DNA from: Eledone cirrhosa
Lineage: Eukaryota
DNA: 64,000 nucleotides
Reading direction: 5' to 3'
Assembly: GCA_964016885.1 (NCBI GenBank)
Contig: OZ024744.1
Location: 91,760,001 to 91,824,000, forward strand
Shown piece after piece: positions 1-12,199 of the stretch. Within the stretch, counting starts at the first letter, position 1, and each line of letters opens with the position of its first letter. The notes under the pieces are model-generated. The model worked only from the letters and a program-made list of their open reading frames with translations, made no database searches and had not been told where the DNA came from. The translations under genes were made by a program, and so were the position numbers.

Positions 1-129
1 ATTAGTGGTCTCCTCAGCCTCACCACACTCTGTCTCTCTTTCTCACCCCTTCTCTCTTTCTCATACACACACTCTCTCACTCACTCTCTCTCTCTCTCTC
101 ATACACACTCTCTCTATATATATATATAT

Positions 130-555
130 GTGGTTGGCACTAGGCAGGGCTGTAGAAACTAAGCCCAAATCAGTTCTGTATGAACAAGACATGGTCACCT
201 GACCTGGCATTGCTCACAACAGGAGAACTCGTCTAACCCATGCTAACGTGGAAAAATGGACGTAATATGATGATGGTGATGGTGCTGATGATGCTGGTCG
301 TGATGGTGATGATGATGGTGGTGATAATGGTGGTGATGATAATGGTGGTGATGATAATGGTGGTGATGGTGATGGCGATGGTGCTGATGATGGTGATGGT
401 GACAACGGTGATGATGATGATGATGATGATAGTGATGATAATAATGGTGGTGATGGTGATGGCGATGGTGCTGATGATGGTGATGGTGACAACGGTGATG
501 ATGATGATGGTGATGGTGATGGGGATGACAATGACAATGATGATGATGATGAGGA
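130..555 (+). mobile_element. RTE 3'-tail remnant with expanded (GAT/GGT)n tail
   Basis: ctcgtctaacccatgctaacgtggaaaaatggacgtaa matches the RTE 3' end seen at 54780-54820(-); it is followed by ~290 bp of GAT/GGT triplets containing an internal duplicated block. Confidence 0.7.
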
Positions 556-904
556 TGAATTTTTAAGGCTAAAAGAACAATCAAAATTTCGCTAGTGTGG
601 GGTGGGACATAGGGTGAGGGAGGAAAGAAAGAGTTTATTATGGTATTTTGATTTTTCTCTCCATCCACCCACTCACTTACCCCCCCCCCCCCCGGGCTCA
701 GCCCATGTTGCCACTTTAAGTGGATATGCTTGTTATTGTTTATTGTTGGTGTTTTGTTATATTTTACTGTGTGTGAGGGTGGGTGGGGTGGTAGGTGAAT
801 GAGTGGGTGGGTGGGGGACAATGTGGGGGAGAGGGGAGAGGAAAGGGGGGGAGAAGGTAGAGGAAAGGGGGGGATACTATTTAATGTATTTTTTTATCAT
901 TTGT

Positions 905-1239
905 TGCATACACATACGCATATACACACGCATACACATACCCATACACAGATGCATACGCATATATACATACACGCATACATAGATATATAGACACATA
1001 CATACACATACACACATATATAGATACAGATGTACACCCACAAATCCACACATACATAGACACACAGGTATACACATGCACACACACACACACACATAGA
1101 CATACACATATATTAACACACATTTAAACACAGATCTACAAGCACACACCCACATATACATACACACACATACACACGCAAAAAACACATACATACACAT
1201 ACATGCATTCACATACACAGATATATAGACACACAGCTA

Positions 1240-1285
<46 letters not shown>

Positions 1286-2105
1286 GACACAAATATACAT
1301 GCTCACACCCACATGCACACACCCTCATATACACATACACTCACACACTCAAACATGCACATGCAGACTCATACATACACATACATGCATGCACACACAT
1401 AGACACACAGGTACATACACACACATTCATACACACACACACATACACATACACACATATATAGACACAGATGTACATGCACACACACACAAAACATGCA
1501 TATACATGCATACACATATACAAATATATCGACACACATGTACACACACATACATACACATACACACATATTTAGACACAGATGTACATGCACGCACCCA
1601 CGCATACATGCACACACACACACACACACACATACATACACATACACACATATTTAGACACAGATGTACATGCACGCACCCACGCATACATGCACACACA
1701 CACACACACACACACACATACATACACATACACACATATTTAGACACAGATGTACATGCACGCACCCACGCATACATGCACACACACACACACACACACA
1801 CACATACATACACATACACACATATTTAGACACAGATGTACATGCACGCACCCACGCATACATGCACACACACACACACACACACATACATACACATACA
1901 CACATATTTAGACACAGATGTACATGCACGCACCCACGCATACATGCACACACACACACACACACATACATACACATACACACATATTTAGACACAGATG
2001 TACATGCACGCACCCACGCATACATGCACACACACACACACACATATATACAGGTACACAGAAACATACACATGCAGACACATACATACATAGATATATA
2101 TATAC
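905..2105. repeat. (CA/TA)-rich low-complexity tract containing an ~82-86 bp minisatellite (6 copies, ~1565-2045)
   Basis: Unit catatttagacacagatgtacatgcacgcacccacgcatacatg(ca)n tacatacacataca repeated with variable (CA)n. Confidence 0.9.
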
Positions 2106-2185
2106 ACTTTTTTGTTCTGATGTTCAGCTATTTTCACATTGTTTTTGTTTAATTTATTTTTAAACATTATTACTATCATTATTAA

Positions 2186-2725
2186 GTGCGGTGGCTGGGC
2201 AGTATCGGTGGAGGTTCGGACACCATGCTTTGACGCATAGAGTTACGGCCCTTGCCATTCTGAATTCAAATCCCGCCGAGGTTAACTTTGCCTTTCATCC
2301 TTACGGGTCGATAAAATAAAGTACCAGTAATGTACTGGGTTATTGCTGGCCTTGTGCCTAAAGTAGAAACAATTATTATCATTATTATTAATAAAGCAAG
2401 GGCAGCGGATTGGCAGAATCGGTAGAGCGTCGGACAATATGCTTTGTGGAATATAGTTACGTTCCTTTATGTTCTGAGTTCAAATCCTGCCAAGGTTAAC
2501 TTTGCCTTTCATCCTTACGGGGTCGATAAAATAAAGTACCAGTAATGCACTGGGGTCAATTTAATCGACTTTCATCACCCCCTGCTAATTTATGGCCTTG
2601 TGCCAATAAAATAAAGTACCAGTAATGTACTGGGGTTGATTTAATCGACTTTCCCTTCAAATTCCCATTCAAATTGCTGGCTTTGTGCCTAAAGTAGAAA
2701 CAATTATTATTATTATTATTATTAT
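2186..2725 (+). mobile_element. Two tandem tRNA-derived SINEs (family A)
   Basis: A-box-like tggcagaatcgg, B-box gagttcaaatcc, body gcctttcatccttacggggtcgataaaataaagtacc, end gtagaaacaa(tta)n; more than 12 copies in the window. Confidence 0.85.
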
Positions 2726-3094
2726 TATTTTGATTTTTTTTTAAATCTGTCCTTGTTGCAATTAAAGAAATAATTATCGTTATATATATACATATATATA
2801 TATATATAAATGAGAGGTATAGAGATTGATATATATATATTTTTTTTTTTTGGGGGGGGGGGGGGGTTACTTGTTTTATTACTATTTTTATTGTTATCCC
2901 CTCCTCTCCACCTGCACCCCCGCACCCCCAAATTCTTGTTCTCTGATATGTCCCATCATCTGAATAATCAAGTGCTTTTAGCAGACTTTTGAGTAGAAAT
3001 GTAGAAAAGAAGAAAAAAGTGCAAAACTGGAAAAAATAAATAAATAAATTAATTAATTAAAAATTTGAAATTTGAAATTTTTAAAATAAAATCA

Positions 3095-3096
<2 letters not shown>

Positions 3097-3168
<72 letters not shown>

Positions 3169-3326
3169 GGTGAGAGAGGAAGAGAGAGAGGAGGTGTGAG
3201 AGGTGGAAAAGGAGAGTGAGAGAGAGGTATAGAAAGAGAGCAAGAGAGAAAAAGAGTGGTATAGAAAGAGAGGGAGAAAAAGAGAAAGGGGGACAAAGAG
3301 ATAGTGAAAAAGATGTGGTGAGAAAT

Positions 3327-3365
<39 letters not shown>

Positions 3366-3784
3366 AAAGGTGTAGTGAGAGGGAGAGAGGGTGGTGAGAA
3401 TGAGAGTTGTAGAGGAAGAAAGCAAGAGAGAGAGAGAGGGTGGAGAAGGAAAGTGGGAGAGGAAGAGAGAGGTGGAAAAGGAGAGCGAGAGAGAGAAAGA
3501 GAAAGAGATAGTGAAAAAGATGTGGTGAGAAATAGAGAGAAGGTGGTGAGAATGAGAGATGTAGAGGAAGAAAGCAAGAGAGAAAAAGAGAGGGAAAGAG
3601 AACAATTTTGAGAGAGGGGGTGGAGAAGGAGAGTGAGAGAGAGAGAGAGAGTAAGAGAGAAAGAGAGAGAGAGAGAAAGGTACATCAGTAGGACCTAGAG
3701 AGAGAGAAAGGTACATCAGTAGGACCTAGAGAGAGAGGAAGGTACATCAGTAGGACCTAGAGAGAAAGGTACATCAGTAGGACC

Positions 3785-3818
<34 letters not shown>

Positions 3819-3930
3819 TACATCAGTAGGACCTAGAGAGAGAGAGAGAGAAAGGTACATCAGTAGGACCTAGAGAGAGAGAGAGAGAAAGGTACATCAG
3901 TAGGACCTAGAGAGAGAGAGAGAAAGGTGC
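3097..3930. repeat. (AG)n-rich tract ending in 7 copies of aaggtacatcagtaggacct separated by variable (AG)n
   Basis: Direct reading; constant cores between 3677 and 3908. Confidence 0.9.
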
Positions 3931-4740
3931 AATGGGAGTGGATGGAGAGTGAAATTAACAGAAAGTTAGAAGCTGAAGAAGAAACAGAAATAATTTTTTT
4001 TTTTTTTTTTTTTAGATTTTTATTTCGGGGAGTGTGGGAGGGGAGGGGGGGGGGGTAAAAGGAATAAAAGTCTAATTAAATCGCCCCCGCCCAGCCCCAG
4101 ACACACCCACACACCACACCACACAAAAAAATTGTAACGATAATCTTTTGTTGGTGATGATGTCATTAGTTTGTAGAGAAGCAAGGTTTTAATGTGTTAT
4201 TAATGCAAGGAAAGAAGGAATTGTTCATAAATACTAATAATGGTTTCGGGAGCAGCAGCAGCAGCAGTAGCAGCACTGGGTGGGGCTGGGGTGGTGGCTA
4301 GGGTGGGTAAATAATAATGATGGTAACGATAATTGTTTTATTTATTTTTTTTTTTTATTATCTCTCCCTTTTTTTTTTTTTTTAACTGGTTTCAGTCATT
4401 GAACTGCGGCTGTGACGAATGTGGGTGATGGGCGATGGGTATAGGAGGGGGTGAGGTGTAGGGGTAGGGTGGAGTGGTGGTGGTGGCGGTGGCGGTGGCG
4501 ATAGTGGTGTTAGTTCTACCTTAAAGGAATTTTTAGTTGATCATATATCGATCCCGGCATTTATTTCACTGCTCCCCCCCCACACACAAACACACATACA
4601 CACCCACACCCCACACAGACAGACACCATTCTTCAAGTCTGGTACTTATTTTATTGATTTCATTTTACTAAACCGCTATGTTAAAGGACAGAATTTACTC
4701 ACACATCGTTTCAGACACAAACACACACACACACACACAC

Positions 4741-4782
<42 letters not shown>

Positions 4783-5228
4783 GACGATCGACTTTCGTCA
4801 AATCGGACCGAGGGAACAATGTTTCCGTTGGTCTCTCCAATTGCTAATACTATCTATTGGTCGCAACTCCAGGTAGAAGGAGCAACGTGAAATAAAGTGT
4901 CTTGCTCAAGGACATAACGCATCGCCTGGTCCAGGAATCGAACTCACAACCTTACGATTGCGAATCCAATTCTCTAACCACTCAGCCACACGCCTTCACC
5001 TCTAACCACTCAGCCACACGCCTTCATATATTATACATCTGTCTATCTAGGGCGGGTTAAATTCCTGAGATTTCTTTTCAATGGTTGATAATACCAGCGC
5101 CACTTGAGTAAAAGGTAATTATTTAACCCATAAATTGGGGCCCTAACAGGTACTACTACCCCAGGCCAGAGTAGACCTGGGACTGATAACAATGAAGGGG
5201 TAACTCCATATTCTCCACAGCTCCTGAA

Positions 5229-5284
<56 letters not shown>

Positions 5285-5637
5285 TATATATAAGGCAAAT
5301 TGGCAGAGTCGTTAAGACGTCAGATAAAATGCTTTACGGTATTCCTCCCACCTCATTGCACTCTCTGAGTTCAAATCCCACCGTGGTCAACTTTTCGTCT
5401 CATCCTTTCAACATTGAAAGAATGTACCAGTCCAGTACTGGGGTCAATTCTTCCTCTATAGAAAAAATTGGCTATGTTCAGACCTTGAGAGGGTTGGACT
5501 CCGCCACAAATCAAAGTAGTACTCTGTACATGGAAAGGAGTAGAGTTGGTATAAAGGAAATAAACCTGACATACAATGCCTAGACATACAAGCTGAAATG
5601 GGTTTACACCTACAAATATGTAACATATATATATATA

Positions 5638-5979
5638 TCATTTTCATTTCATTTCATTTTACGTCCACTTTTCCCTGCTTGCAAGGGTGGTACGGGAACT
5701 GATTCTGGCTTGATTTCTACAGCTGGATGTCCTTCCTAACACCAACCTCATTTACAGTGAGTGCCGGGTGCTTTTTTGCCGTGGCACCTCCACGACCACT
5801 TTGCAGTGGAATGATAGGGACCCCAGTCCCTATCATCTCATTTCTACAGCTGAGTAAACTGGAGCAATGTGAAATAAAGTGTCTTGCTCAAGGACATAAC
5901 GCATCACCCGGTCTGAGAATTGAACTCACAACCTTTCGATTGCAAGGCCAATGCTCTAACCACTAAGCCATGTGCCTCC
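5638..5979 (-). mobile_element. tRNA/CORE-type SINE with RTE-derived 3' part (family B)
   Basis: Minus strand: ggaggcacatggcttagtggttagagc...gagttcaattc (A/B boxes), CORE-like tccttgagcaagacactttatttcac, then the gttaggaagggcatccagctgtag-type RTE tail. Confidence 0.85.
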
Positions 5980-6100
5980 ATATATATATATATATATATA
6001 TAAACATTTGCCATATTTGAATTTATGTGTCATGATGATCATCATCATCGATTAACATCCATCTTCCACGCTAGCATGGGTTAGACGGGTCCTATTTTGA

Positions 6101-6532
6101 AGGCGCATGGCTTAGTGGTTAGAGCTTGCAATCGAAAGGTTGTGAGTTCAATTCTCGGACCAGGTGATGTGTTGTTTCCTTGAGCAAGACACTTTATTTC
6201 ACATTGCTCCCGTTTCTTCAGCTGTAGAAATGAGATGATAGGGACTGGGGTCCCTATCATTCCACTGCAAAGTGGTTGTGGAGGTGCCACGGCAAAAAAG
6301 CAGCCAGCCCACACTGTAAAGTGGATGTGTAGGTGCCACGGAAAAAAGCACCCAGCACTCACTGTAAATGAGGTTGGTGTTAGGAAGGGCATCCAGCTGT
6401 AGAAATCAAGCCAGAATCAGTTCCCGTATGAGCAAGACAAGGTCAACCGACTGGACACTGCCCACAACAGGACTACCCGTCTAACCCATGCTAGCGTGGA
6501 AGAACGGACGTAAAATGGTGATGATGATGATG
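6101..6532 (+). mobile_element. Family B SINE; its tail is the left boundary of the tandem duplication
   Basis: Same head/CORE/tail organisation; ends ggacgtaaaatggt(gat)n. Confidence 0.85.
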
Positions 6533-7032
6533 TGTCTGAGATAATTACAGACATGTGCCATATTTGAATTTATGTGTCAAAATTATCATCATCGATTAAC
6601 ATCCATCTTCCACACTAGCATGGGTTAGATGGGTCCTATTTTAAAGCAAGTTGTGTCGGGTGACCGTGTCTTGCTCAAATAGGGGTATTTCTGGCTGATT
6701 TTGTACGGCTGGATGCCCTTCCTAATGCCAACCACATTTACAGTGTGGGCTGGGTGCTTTTTGCCGTCTCTTTTACACATCCACTTTACAGTGTGGGTTG
6801 CGTGATGTGCTTCTATATTTTCTGTCAACCAAATTTCACTTGAGGCTATGGTAGAAGACACTTATCGAAGCTGCCAATGCAGAGGGACTGAATCTGAAGC
6901 CACATAGTTGTGAAGCATATTCCTTAACTAGAGTGCTGTGAGTTCCTCAAAGCTCTTTACTTGATGACACACACAATCAGTGAGTGCAAAACATCAACGA
7001 ACGAATAAAAAAGCAAAATGAAAAACATCCTC

Positions 7033-7230
7033 TAATGATTTAGCAGAAAATATCTTAAAATGTGCTGTGTTAATTCAAATGTTTACAGTATCTTTAATAG
7101 TGGACAGATTGTTGTGAAAATTTGTATTATCTCTTAACATCCTGTAATGATTTAGCAGAAAATATCTAAAAATAGGTTTCTTAATTTAAATGTTTATAGT
7201 ATATTTACTAGTGGACAGATTGTTGTGAAC
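7033..7230. repeat. Local ~112 bp direct duplication (also at ~15397-15594)
   Basis: taatgatttagcagaaaatatct...gtggacagattgttgtgaa occurs at 7033 and 7146. Confidence 0.8.
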
Positions 7231-7399
7231 ATTTTGCAATATTAGAGTAAAGATATTAACTTTTATTGTGATGCAGTCATGATGTTGTTTTATACTTTTC
7301 AATAATGTCTTGCTAATGTGGTTTCATAGTTCTGGCAGGATTGCTGCTATTGATGTTAGTTATTGTTTATTAGGAGAAACAACAAAGTAAATGGTTTCC

Positions 7400-7560
7400 T
7401 TAACCCTTTAGCATTTAAACCAGCCATATGTGGCCAGAGTTCTCTCACCTCTTTCTGCTCAAACCAGCCCTGACTGACTGTTCTCAAAATAAATAATATC
7501 AAAATCTCATAGATTCAATATTATGTTTACCACAAAAAATACAATAGTAAATATAGAGTA
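7400..7560 (+). mobile_element. Possible piggyBac-type MITE left end (degenerate)
   Basis: TTAA followed by ccctttagcatttaaaccagccatatgtggcc; TTAA/CCC start is typical of piggyBac, but no clean right end was found. Confidence 0.35.
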
Positions 7561-7864
7561 ATGTAAATGGTAAAGTGGATTAGTGAAAGGTATGGCTCTG
7601 GGTATTGAAGATGACTGCCTGATCAGGGATTATGGACAATATCTTAAAGTCCTTGACATGGAAGTACCAACAGCCAAAGCTGTCTGCACACAGTAGAGTT
7701 GTGAGCTTGTGTCAAACAACTGCTATCATGTGTAGGACAGATTCAACTATCAGCCGGGTCTAATAGTGAAAATTGAACCACCTTACGTTTGAAGGGAGAA
7801 TTGGATTTGCTGATGTACTGATGGTGTTACTGTAAAAGGCCATATACACATACACATATATATA

Positions 7865-8315
7865 TATGACAGCTGCATAAAAAAGGTGCAGTGCACTAGA
7901 GGTCAATGGAAACCGCAGAGTGGGGAGACCCAAGAAGACCTGGTGATAAAAGCTGACCTTACCCAATTACACCTCTCAAAGGTGATGACACATGACCGTA
8001 ACCTCTGGTGTCACGCAGTAATACAGAGTACCCGACCTCTCATGGGTACAAGCTGAAGCATATAGACAATATTCCCCCACACCCTCACACTTTAAAGTGG
8101 ACATGTAGGCACCACGAAAAAAAAAGCACCCAGCCCTCACTGTAAATGAGGTTGGTGTTAGGAAGTGCATCCAGCTGTAGAAATCAAGCCAGAATCAGTT
8201 CCCATATGAGCAAGGCATGGTCAGCCGACCAGACACTGCCCTCAACAGGACAACCCGTCTAACCCATGCTAGCGTGGAAGAACGGACGTAAAACGGTGAT
8301 GATGATGATGATGAT
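7865..8315 (+). mobile_element. 5'-truncated RTE LINE 3' fragment (duplicate at ~16229-16680)
   Basis: Matches the end of the 55072-57144 RT ORF (DSCIK-RC-ALEV-GNR-VGRPKKTW) plus 3' UTR and (GAT)n tail. Confidence 0.85.
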
Positions 8316-8430
8316 ATGAAACATGTGTACCTAAAATGACAGCATAGTTTGTGTAATAAATAACTGTATGTCACAACTTCTGCCATGCATTGACTGCTCT
8401 TTGTACCTTTGAGTATACTTTACATTTGAA

Positions 8431-8930
8431 TCACCATCATCATCATCATCATCATCCTCATCACGTCCATTCTTCCATGCTAGCATGGGTTAGACAGGTT
8501 GTCCTATTGTGGGCAATGCTAGGTCAGGTGACCATGTCTTGCTTATACATAACTTATTCCTCCCTCTCCAACACCAACCTCATTTACATGAGTACTGGGT
8601 GCTTTTTTACCATGGCACCTACACAACCACTTTACAGTGTGGACTGGCTGCTTTTTTTTGTCATGACACCTCCACGACCACTTTGCAGTAAGAGGGGGTA
8701 TATTGTCTATATGCTTCAGCTTCGGCTTGAACCCATGGGAAGTCGGGTCTTCTGTATTACTGTGTATCGCCAGAGGGCTCGGTCCTGCGTCATCGCCTTT
8801 GAGAGGTGCAATTGGGTAAGGTCAGCTTTTATCACCTGAACCCAGGTCTTCTTGAGTCTCCCCAATCCAAGGCTTCCACCGACTTTTAGTGTTCTGCACC
8901 TTTTTATACAGCTGTCATCCTTTATTCAAT
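8431..8930 (-). mobile_element. RTE LINE 3' fragment, inverted relative to 7865-8315 (duplicate at ~16795-17294)
   Basis: (CAT)n tail on plus strand then the reverse complement of the RTE 3' UTR and ORF end. Confidence 0.8.
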
Positions 8931-10169
8931 ATACTTTACATTTCACAATCATCATGATCATAATTGTTCTGTCCATTTTTTTCCATGCTTGCATGGGTTG
9001 AATGGGTCCTTTTCAGCATAGCATCTCTCCTCTTGTTGCATATCATCATTATCATCATCATCATCATCATCATTTTACGTCCACTTTTCCCTGCTTGCAA
9101 GGGTGGGACGGGAACTGATTCTGTGAGTTTCAGCTATGTGAGAGCATCACTCACCACATCCTCTCAAGCCTTCCTCAGTCTTCTTGTACTGGAGATTCCT
9201 TCCACTGGGATTTTCTGGCACTTCTTCACCCAGTTATCATATATATATAATAATACAAGGACGATTTGTTAAGACTTCATTATGATGCATAGAGTTACGG
9301 CCCTTGCCATTCTGAGTTCAAATCCCACCTAGGTTAACTTTGCCTTTCATCCTTACGGGGTCAATAAAATAAAGTACCAGTAATGCACTGGGTAATTGCT
9401 GGCCTTGTGCCAAAAGTAGAAACAATTATGTTTATTGATTGGTGACATTATTGATTGGTGACATTATGTTTATTGAAGGTTGACTTTGCCTTTCATCCTT
9501 ACGGGGTCGATAAAATAAAGTAGCAGTAATGCGCTGGCCTTGTGCCTAAAGTAGAAACAATTATGTTTATTGATTGGTGAAGCGAGTTTCACTATTGATC
9601 AGCTCAAGGTTCGATCTGTATCGATCTAGCCCGACTCTGGAATCAAAAGCTCGTTGGACCTCTGCTGTGGTAATGACAGAATGACATAGTGAAATGTGCA
9701 TCACCAATCAATAAAGGTAATAAAGGCTTAACCAATCGCCCTTGTATTATCGGGTTCAAATCCCGCTGAGGTTAACTTTACCTTTCATCCTTACGGGGTC
9801 GATAAAATAAAGTACCAGTAATGTACTGGTTCATTGCTGGCCTTGTGCCAAAAGTATAAACAATTATTATATTACACTCTGTCTAGCTCTACACCTCGCA
9901 ACTGACGTGAACCTAAACATCGAGTGCTCACCCGGGTGAACCTACAGTAACTTCACATTACACTCCCTGGATATATATATATAGTGAAAGATTGAAGAAT
10001 AACATGGTCGGCTGCACACGTATGTATGTGTATGTCCATCGGGGCATACGTATGTACTGGCCTAAATCTTCACTATTTACTTTTACTATTTTAATAACCT
10101 CTGTCATTTTCGTTTTCAATTTTATTTACATCATTCTTAAACTCCGTGGCTGGAAATCATTCTGTTATG

Positions 10170-10460
10170 TTAAATAGAATATTAGTCCAACGACTCCATT
10201 TATACCATAAACTTAGTCTTGTCTTTGCATGAAATTGTTCTTCTCGCTCCACATAACGACGTATTATCCTCGCTTTTTTTTCGTTCATTACCAGGGAACG
10301 TCTTCACGAACCAAAATATCGTCTTCCTGTTTTCCTTCGGTTCCAACGTTTCTCGAAATATTTACTTCTGCGTTCACAGATAAAATTTTTTAGTTTCAGA
10401 AGATCCCGTTAATGTTGAAAGCAGCGATTCTTTGCTTAAACTTTAATCTGTTCTTATAAC
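10170..10460 (+). mobile_element. Helitron-family internal fragment (related pieces at 18535-18800, 35985-36100, 36665-36980(-), 39145-39235)
   Basis: Shared tacttctgcgttcacagat...gtttcagaagatcccgttaa...gcagcgattctttgcttaaactttaatctgtt, which also lies inside the Helitron at 35648-36285. Confidence 0.6.
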
Positions 10461-10528
<68 letters not shown>

Positions 10529-10741
10529 ACTAGAGATTGATTAACATATAAATAAACATGAATAATCACAGGAGATAATTTTTACATATAAATAGTTATT
10601 ATAAAATGCTCAGACCTACTCGTTAGAATCTTAGAGCTTATTTTACGGGTGATATGGCGCATGTTTTTCTGGCATGACACCCATAATTTTGATTTAGATT
10701 AAATTCATTTGATTTATCTTAATTTTGGATATATATATACA

Positions 10742-11082
10742 TCATTTCATTTTCATTTCATTTTACGTCCACTTTTCCCTGCTTGCAAGGGTGGGACGGG
10801 AACTGATTCTGGCTTGATTTCTACAGCTGGATGCCCTTCCTAACACCAACCTCATTTACAGTGAGTGCTGGGTGCTTTTTTGCCATGGCACCTCCACGAC
10901 CACTTTGCAGTGGAATGATAGGGACCCCAGGCCCTATCATCTCATTTCTACAGCTGAGTAAACTGGAGCAATGTGAAATAAAGTGTCTTGCTCAAGGAAA
11001 CAACACATCACCCGGTCTGAGAATTGAACTCACAACCTTTCGATTGCAAGGCCAATGCTCTAACCACTAAGCCATGTGCCTC

Positions 11083-11083
<1 letters not shown>
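10742..11083 (-). mobile_element. Family B SINE (duplicate at ~19269-19610)
   Basis: Near-identical to 5638-5979. Confidence 0.85.
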
Positions 11084-11161
<78 letters not shown>

Positions 11162-11457
11162 TTTGTACAGCTTTTGGAGGAAGTAGTGACCAGCAGTACG
11201 TTGTTCGGTATTATTACGAAAAGGTGTAGCAGAGAATCCCGTGTGAACTATCAGCTCTGGAGGAAACTGCTTATCTCGAACATTCATTCGCCATCGTTCT
11301 TGTCAACGCTCCGTTTACTTGGTATTTGTTGGTCTACAGTTAGATGAATGGCGCACAAAAGGTTAATGTTTATTGGCAAGAAGTTTTTTGAATAATAAAA
11401 GACGGGTTAAAGAGACCTACAATGTATCTGTGTATATATATACATATATACACAGAT

Positions 11458-11517
<60 letters not shown>

Positions 11518-11564
11518 ATATGTATGCATATATATATATATGTGTGTGTGTATGTATGTATATG

Positions 11565-11604
<40 letters not shown>

Positions 11605-11784
11605 TATGTGTGTGTGTGTGTGTATATATACATATATTTTTATGTGTATATTTATATATGTGTATATGTGTATATATGTGTGTGTGTATATGTGTATATA
11701 TGTGTATATATATATATATGTATATATAAGTATACATGGTGTGTGTTATATGTGCGTGTGCGTGTGCGTGTGTGTGTGTGTGAA

Positions 11785-12036
11785 TGTAGCGAAGATAATA
11801 CGTCAGAATGACGTTATGCAGACAGCCAGGCATACAGACAGATATTATAAGAGCGCGACAGAGATGGATAACCGGCGCCTAACACTCCTTTAACAACAGA
11901 AAATTGAAAAAAATAATATCTTTAGACCGCAAGGAATATATAAATGCAAGTTTGAAGTCAATCGGTGTAGAAATGTGGATTTGTATAGACTTTGCAAAAA
12001 TGAGGACACACAGACAACATCAGTTTTATATATATA
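11785..12036 (-). mobile_element. Helitron 5'-end fragment (duplicate at ~20371-20622)
   Basis: Minus strand tatatatataaaactgatgttgtctgtgtgtcc...ccgattgacttcaaacttgca resembles the 5' region of 35648-36285. Confidence 0.5.
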
Positions 12037-12199
12037 TACATATATATATATGGGATAACAAGTTATCGTTATAGGTAATCCAGTTAGAGGTTGTGAGTAC
12101 TCGGTGTCGTGGATAGTTTTAACGTACGGCTTTGTTTGACTCAACAAGATGTTTCCATAGTTATGCAACGAGTTCGCGGTAATTTCTATGCAGGTTATA

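Noticed and set aside
214-2179. ORFs rich in His, Met/Val, Cys/Val or Thr/His
   Set aside because: Translations of (GAT)n, (CA)n and (TA)n repeats open in several frames; the same applies to the YIYI, SLSL and ERER ORFs throughout the window
3677-3925. CRISPR-like repeat-spacer appearance
   Set aside because: Spacers are only (AG)n, the context is eukaryotic and there are no cas genes
5727-5966. Recurrent 79-aa ORF MPFLTPTSFTVSAG... as a gene family
   Set aside because: It is the antisense reading of family B SINEs
6101-6165. tRNA genes at SINE heads
   Set aside because: A and B boxes are present but there is no complete cloverleaf, and each continues into a SINE body
11158-11422. Possible solo LTR between microsatellites (also ~19738-20000)
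   Set aside because: No clear TG...CA ends, target duplication or independent copy; left unclassified
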